Assembly (NCBI GenBank): GCA_963977015.1
Contig: CAXBMO010000016.1
Location: 32,001 to 96,000 of the forward strand
Reading direction: 5' to 3'
Source of the DNA: an uncultured bacterium
GTDB taxonomy: Bacteria > Verrucomicrobiota > Verrucomicrobiia > Verrucomicrobiales > DEV007
Length of the DNA: 64,000 bases
The translations under genes were made by a program, and so were the position numbers. The stretch's first letter is position 1. The number at the start of each line of letters is the position of its first letter. Below are positions 59,768 through 64,000 of this stretch, one piece after another. The notes under the pieces were generated by a model. The model did no database searches and was not told the origin of the DNA. It was given only the letters and a program-made list of their open reading frames with translations.

Positions 59768-60167
59768 GAATATCGTTCTGCGGAAGACCTATCGAAACGA
59801 ACTACACACGTGCTCCTCACGCGTTGCGCCCAACTGTCTCTCGCAAACTTTTGGGCTGCTGGCAAGCTTTACCAGAGCACGAGGGCCACCGGGGATAGAA
59901 CCCGGAAGCCCTGCCCGATGTTCTACGTTCTAACCCTGCCAAAATCCTCGATGCCCAATATCCCACGATCCCCCCGATTGTCCCCCAATCCTTCCATCTC
60001 CAATACGAGAAACCCGGTGGCAGCCAAAGCTGCCAATGCTGTTGCCCAGCCATAAAATTCTGGTTGTTCACATGGTTCGAAATATGAACTCTGTTTGCGA
60101 TTTCTCATACCGTTGTACGCGTTATCCCTTTCTAGGAAAGCCGCGCACAAACGTGACAAACAATTTT

Positions 60168-60200
60168 AAAAAAATCGCAAAACCGGGCTGAAGACGCCCG
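60168..60200 (-). terminator. Possible intrinsic terminator downstream of the fadL-like gene
   Basis: On the minus strand, CGGGC-GTCTTCA-GCCCG is followed by GTTTTGCGATTTTTTT. Confidence 0.35.
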
Positions 60201-60237
60201 AAACCTCGTCAATCCGAGGTAAAATCCGGCCCTCGGC

Positions 60238-61506
60238 TCAGAAATTGATCGTGTGGCTGATCGTAAAGACGTCCCACTGGGACTCGTAGTTCCCATTGAA
60301 CTGGGGAACGACGTTGGTGCGAATCTCTCGATCCTGGTAGAAGCCCGCCACGTAGGCGAAATCCCAGGAGCCCCGCTTGGTTTGATAGCCCAGGCCAAAA
60401 GTCACAATATTGCGATCCGCACCGGGAATCAGCGGAATGTAGGTTTCGTCAGGAATCGGAGTTTGGGTGTAAAGATAGCCGAGACGAAGGGTCAACTTCT
60501 CATTCACGCGGTAGTCCAAGCCTGTTCCCACGCTGAAGCTGTCTTCCCAATTCAGCCCAACACTATCAGAAGGCGCAAGGGCTTGATTGACACCAATATC
60601 GACCGGCAAATCGTCGTGGGTCGAATTTCCGATGTATTCGAAGTCAAACCCGAGGGTCACGGCTTCGCAAAGATCAACCGCATAGCCGACCCCATAGCTC
60701 CAGGGAAATTCCATCTCGGTGTTGTAGTCGCTCCGGTCGGAAAAAAACGGCTCCAGAGGCGCTGGAATATTGGTGATGGTGTAGTCGCCACTCAAATCGG
60801 TGGGAATGGACAACCGCCCGGTCGCCGCAATGCGGTGTCCTTCCGCGATTTCATGGGTAATCCCGAAGGTCGCCCCAACTCCCCAACCATCGCCATCAAA
60901 CTCCTGCACTCCGTTTGGAGTTCCCGGAACTCCCGTCAGCGCCACCCACGGAAAATCCTGCTCCAAATTCAATTGGCTCCACATCACGTTCAGGGCCGCA
61001 CCAACGGTCGTTTTTTCGCTGATTTGATAGGAAATTGCCGGGCTCAAATCCAACGTGACCAGAGATGCCTCATGAGGCAACGCGAACTCAAAGACGCCAT
61101 CCCGCTTCCAACGCATGTCGACACCGTAGGGCGCGCTGGCGCTGAATCCCCAGGAAAAGGGAGAATCGCCAATCGGCCCACCCAGGTAAAGACCACCCGT
61201 GTATTTCAGGGGATCGCCCATTTCCTCGCTGGTTCCAACGAGTGACTGAAAATCAACCTCACCATACCAAACTGACGCGCCAACCAACACCTGAGTGCCA
61301 TCCAGAAAGCTGAGATTCGCCGGATTAAAACGCGTCGCGGTGGGGTCATCAACAGTCGCGAACTTGGCTCCCATTTTTCCGGACACTGCAGCGGAATCCG
61401 GTAGCGATCGGAGTCCTTCCTGGGCCCGGCCAGATTGAACGAAAACGGAAAAGAGCGTTGTCGCCAGCAAAACAACTGCCCGCGAACGAATTGAAGAAAT
61501 GATCAT
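60238..61506 (-). CDS. fadL: FadL/OmpP1 outer-membrane hydrophobic-compound transporter
   Basis: Signal peptide; DDPTA..FNPA hatch motif, APYG, RLGY...TP and C-terminal Phe. Confidence 0.88.
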   Translation of the reverse strand: MIISSIRSRAVVLLATTLFSVFVQSGRAQEGLRSLPDSAAVSGKMGAKFATVDDPTATRFNPANLSFLDGTQVLVGASVWYGEVDFQSLVGTSEEMGDPLKYTGGLYLGGPIGDSPFSWGFSASAPYGVDMRWKRDGVFEFALPHEASLVTLDLSPAISYQISEKTTVGAALNVMWSQLNLEQDFPWVALTGVPGTPNGVQEFDGDGWGVGATFGITHEIAEGHRIAATGRLSIPTDLSGDYTITNIPAPLEPFFSDRSDYNTEMEFPWSYGVGYAVDLCEAVTLGFDFEYIGNSTHDDLPVDIGVNQALAPSDSVGLNWEDSFSVGTGLDYRVNEKLTLRLGYLYTQTPIPDETYIPLIPGADRNIVTFGLGYQTKRGSWDFAYVAGFYQDREIRTNVVPQFNGNYESQWDVFTISHTINF

Positions 61507-61730
61507 TGTGCGTGTGCCTCTAGGTGAATGAAGGCTTTGCCTTCACGGTTTAAGGCATTGTTCCTGTCAACAAATGACGCCGACGGCAAGGAAAAAGTGT
61601 CGAGCGACGAGTTGAACGGACCTTTGCATGGGTTTTTTGGCAATAAACCGGACTCCCAACCTGCCAGCGCTCGATTCTGAAGACCCGAAATTCGCTCGAC
61701 CAACCCGCGAGGCTCTGGGAAACTTGAGTG

Positions 61731-62510
61731 ATGGGCCAGTTCCAGGAAATCACCCAACACGCGATCTCCAACGCCAGCTACCTGCAAATCTTTCTGGGGA
61801 TTTACATCACGTTTGGGTTGTTCTATTTCGGGTTGGCATTTCTCACCTTGCGCTTCACGCGCGATTGGCTTCCCAAAGCTGGAATTGGGCGTCTCATCGA
61901 CGGTCGGCCCCTCAAGCCGGGCCAGATGAAACGCGAGATGAAGAACTCCCTCGTTTCCATCGGTATTTTCGCCCTGTACGGAGTGCTGACCATCGCGTTG
62001 GAACGGAAGGAGTGGCTTGTGATTCAGTGGGAATTCGGATTTTGGGACTTTGTGATCGACCTCCTCGTGATTGCGCTCTGGAACGAACTGCATTTTTACG
62101 CGTGCCATGCGTTGCTTCATCGCAAGTGGCTCTATCGGAGGATCCATCGGGAACACCACCGATCGGCCATCCCCACGCCTTTTTCGACGTTCAGCTTCCA
62201 TTGGATCGAAGCCGTCATGTTAAGCAGTGTGATGATTCTGCTGATGCCGTTCCGGCATTTGAACATCGGCGTGATCCTCTTTTTTCCCGTCGCAAGCCTG
62301 ATCTACAACAACATCGGTCACATGAACTACGCGGTGTTTCCACAGCATCGGTTAGGAAGCTTTTTTTCCTCCTGCCGCCGTCACACCATGCATCACACCC
62401 GAATCCGGGGAAACTACGGGTTCGTGTTGCCGTGGTTCGATTTTCTTTTCAAAACCCGAGCGCGCAACGTGGACTACGACGCACCTCTCGAAGACCTGCC
62501 CGAAGCTTAA
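61731..62510 (+). CDS. Sterol desaturase / fatty acid hydroxylase family protein
   Basis: His boxes HALLH, HREHH and HTMHH; FHWIE, GH and NYG...WFD.LF.T. Confidence 0.9.
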   Translation: MGQFQEITQHAISNASYLQIFLGIYITFGLFYFGLAFLTLRFTRDWLPKAGIGRLIDGRPLKPGQMKREMKNSLVSIGIFALYGVLTIALERKEWLVIQWEFGFWDFVIDLLVIALWNELHFYACHALLHRKWLYRRIHREHHRSAIPTPFSTFSFHWIEAVMLSSVMILLMPFRHLNIGVILFFPVASLIYNNIGHMNYAVFPQHRLGSFFSSCRRHTMHHTRIRGNYGFVLPWFDFLFKTRARNVDYDAPLEDLPEA

Positions 62511-62832
62511 AGCGCGCGCCGCGGCGGCCGGGAAGCACTACAACCAAGCACTTCCCGACCACCCACCTCGCGCGAGAGATGGCCCGTACACCTCTCATCC
62601 ACTCGACCTTCACAGGTCGTTTCGTTCTACCTTCTGACCTCCCAAATCCGCATCAAGGTTGCCCTCCCTGATTCGAACTCAGTCGATCGCCCCAAGTCGG
62701 CGATCTCATTCGTTTCTTGGGGAGAAGTCCTCGAAAGTGACACCCCAAAATGAAAAAAATTTCAGGAATGTGCTGAATTCCTTGCTAATGGTGCTGGTCG
62801 ATTGGATAGATGCCCTAGTTGAAGATGATGTC

Positions 62833-63546
62833 ATGAATCAGGAAGGAAACGCAGCATTTCCAACCACCGCGTGGAGCACGGTTCTTCGTGCCAAAAAAGG
62901 AAGCGAGGCCGACTTCGAAACTTTGTGCAAACGCTATTGGTATCCCCTTTATGCCTTTGCCAGGCGCTCTGGAAAGTCCCCCGAGGAAGCGGAAGACCTA
63001 ACGCAAGGCTTTATCTTCAAGCTGATGCAGCGCAATTGGCTTGAGCAGGTCAATCCAGACGACTGCAAGCTCCGAACCTTTCTCCTGACGCGGCTCAAAT
63101 CCTACATGAGGGATGAGTGGAAGAAGCAGACCGCCCAAAAACGCGGTGGTGTCGAAGCCCTCCCCAAACTCGATTACGAGTCCGCAGAGCGCTTTTACTC
63201 CTCTGAAATGTCCGACAAACTCAGCGCCGATCGTGTCTATCTGCGGTCTTGGGCCTCGGAAATGCTTCGAAGAACGCATCGCACGCTTCGCAATTACTAC
63301 GCCAAGAAAAACCAGGCCAAGGAATTCGAAACGCTCTATCCCTACATTCCGAAAGACGAGAAGCTCAAACCTTATTCCGAGGTCGCCGCAGAACTCGGGA
63401 CCACCGAGGATTGGGTGAAAACCAACGTTAGCCGGATGCGAAAGCGCTATCGCATGGTTCTGGAAAGCGAAGTTCGTGAAACGTTGGCCAGCGCCTCGGA
63501 GTTGGAAGAGGAACTCGCCAGCCTGATGACGGCTTTCAGCAGTTAG
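62833..63546 (+). CDS. ECF RNA polymerase sigma factor (PVC FPTT-type)
   Basis: FPTTAWS, YWYPLYAFARR, AEDLTQGF, QKRGG, YSEVAAELG and VSRMRKRY. Confidence 0.88.
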   Translation: MNQEGNAAFPTTAWSTVLRAKKGSEADFETLCKRYWYPLYAFARRSGKSPEEAEDLTQGFIFKLMQRNWLEQVNPDDCKLRTFLLTRLKSYMRDEWKKQTAQKRGGVEALPKLDYESAERFYSSEMSDKLSADRVYLRSWASEMLRRTHRTLRNYYAKKNQAKEFETLYPYIPKDEKLKPYSEVAAELGTTEDWVKTNVSRMRKRYRMVLESEVRETLASASELEEELASLMTAFSS

Positions 63547-63711
63547 CGCATAACCTGAAAACTAACCCGACCTCGAATCGGTTTGGGATCGAGAGATAGC
63601 CCCTTCGCTTCGCGGCATGGATTGGTGATTGTGAATCTTCTGCCCGATCTCACCGTTGCGTCTTCAGACACGAAGCTCGCAAAGCCTGCCCACAGCCCCT
63701 AACGACTACCC

Positions 63712-64000
63712 TTAGACTGGAAGAACCAGATAAACGCTATCGTTCTCCGTCTGGAAAACAGCTTGGTTGCACTTCAACATCTCCACCGTCGACGTGGGAG
63801 CTGTGTTGTTGAAAACGCGAACTTCGACCACCGCGAGTCTCGGACAATTCGACAACTCGACCGGTAAACTCCCCAATCGCGGATCCCTTCCATCGGTTTG
63901 AAACGTGCTCATCTGAAGTGCGCCGCCGTTCTCGGCACATTTCATCGATTGTACCATCAAATTCGTAATGATTTCCGTCACTTCTTCCTCCGGGGTGGCA
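63712..64000 (-). CDS. Hypothetical protein, 3' part only (runs off window end)
   Basis: Frame is open from the window edge to the stop at 63712; no recognisable motif. Confidence 0.5.
   Translation of the reverse strand, partial: ATPEEEVTEIITNLMVQSMKCAENGGALQMSTFQTDGRDPRLGSLPVELSNCPRLAVVEVRVFNNTAPTSTVEMLKCNQAVFQTENDSVYLVLPV

Noticed and set aside
59880-59955. tRNA or tmRNA-like T-arm on the minus strand (CCGGG-TTCTATC-CCCGG)
   Set aside because: No matching acceptor stem, D-arm or anticodon arm could be built, and there is no CCA end.
59817-60159. Small ORFs between the flavoprotein and fadL genes
   Set aside because: Several overlapping short frames with no motif or clear RBS; none can be supported, though a small peptide is not excluded.

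Overview
GC-rich bacterial window, most likely from the PVC superphylum (Verrucomicrobiota-like). That inference rests on planctomycete-type cytochrome c/DUF1501/DUF1552/DUF1553/DUF1588 genes, a sulfatase, DUF1080 and an FPTT-type ECF sigma factor. It holds about 45 CDS and I see no rRNA, tRNA or CRISPR. Most genes are ordinary PVC metabolic or housekeeping genes. Three regions stand out. (1) 3.7-5.0 kb: a non-coding tandem duplication (period 585 bp) of REP-like hairpin elements, bracketed by a 95-bp direct repeat of the FKBP gene 3' end. (2) 28.2-34.7 kb: a plasticity region with an AbrB/Doc toxin-antitoxin pair, a frameshifted AraC, pectate lyase and IS256 relics, and an AT-richer two-gene cassette resembling a secreted polymorphic toxin (acidic Ca-binding repeats plus a C-terminal Cys/His NlpC/P60-CHAP-like domain) with a coupled membrane-anchored immunity candidate. 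The cassette sits between two orphan DUF1501 3' tails. (3) 54.9-62.5 kb: an uncharacterised putative lipid-modification cluster (FadL, two flavoproteins, an acetoacetate-decarboxylase-like protein, a sulfotransferase and a sterol desaturase). Family assignments come from motif recognition by eye, not database searches. Many start codons were moved downstream of the ORF-track starts.
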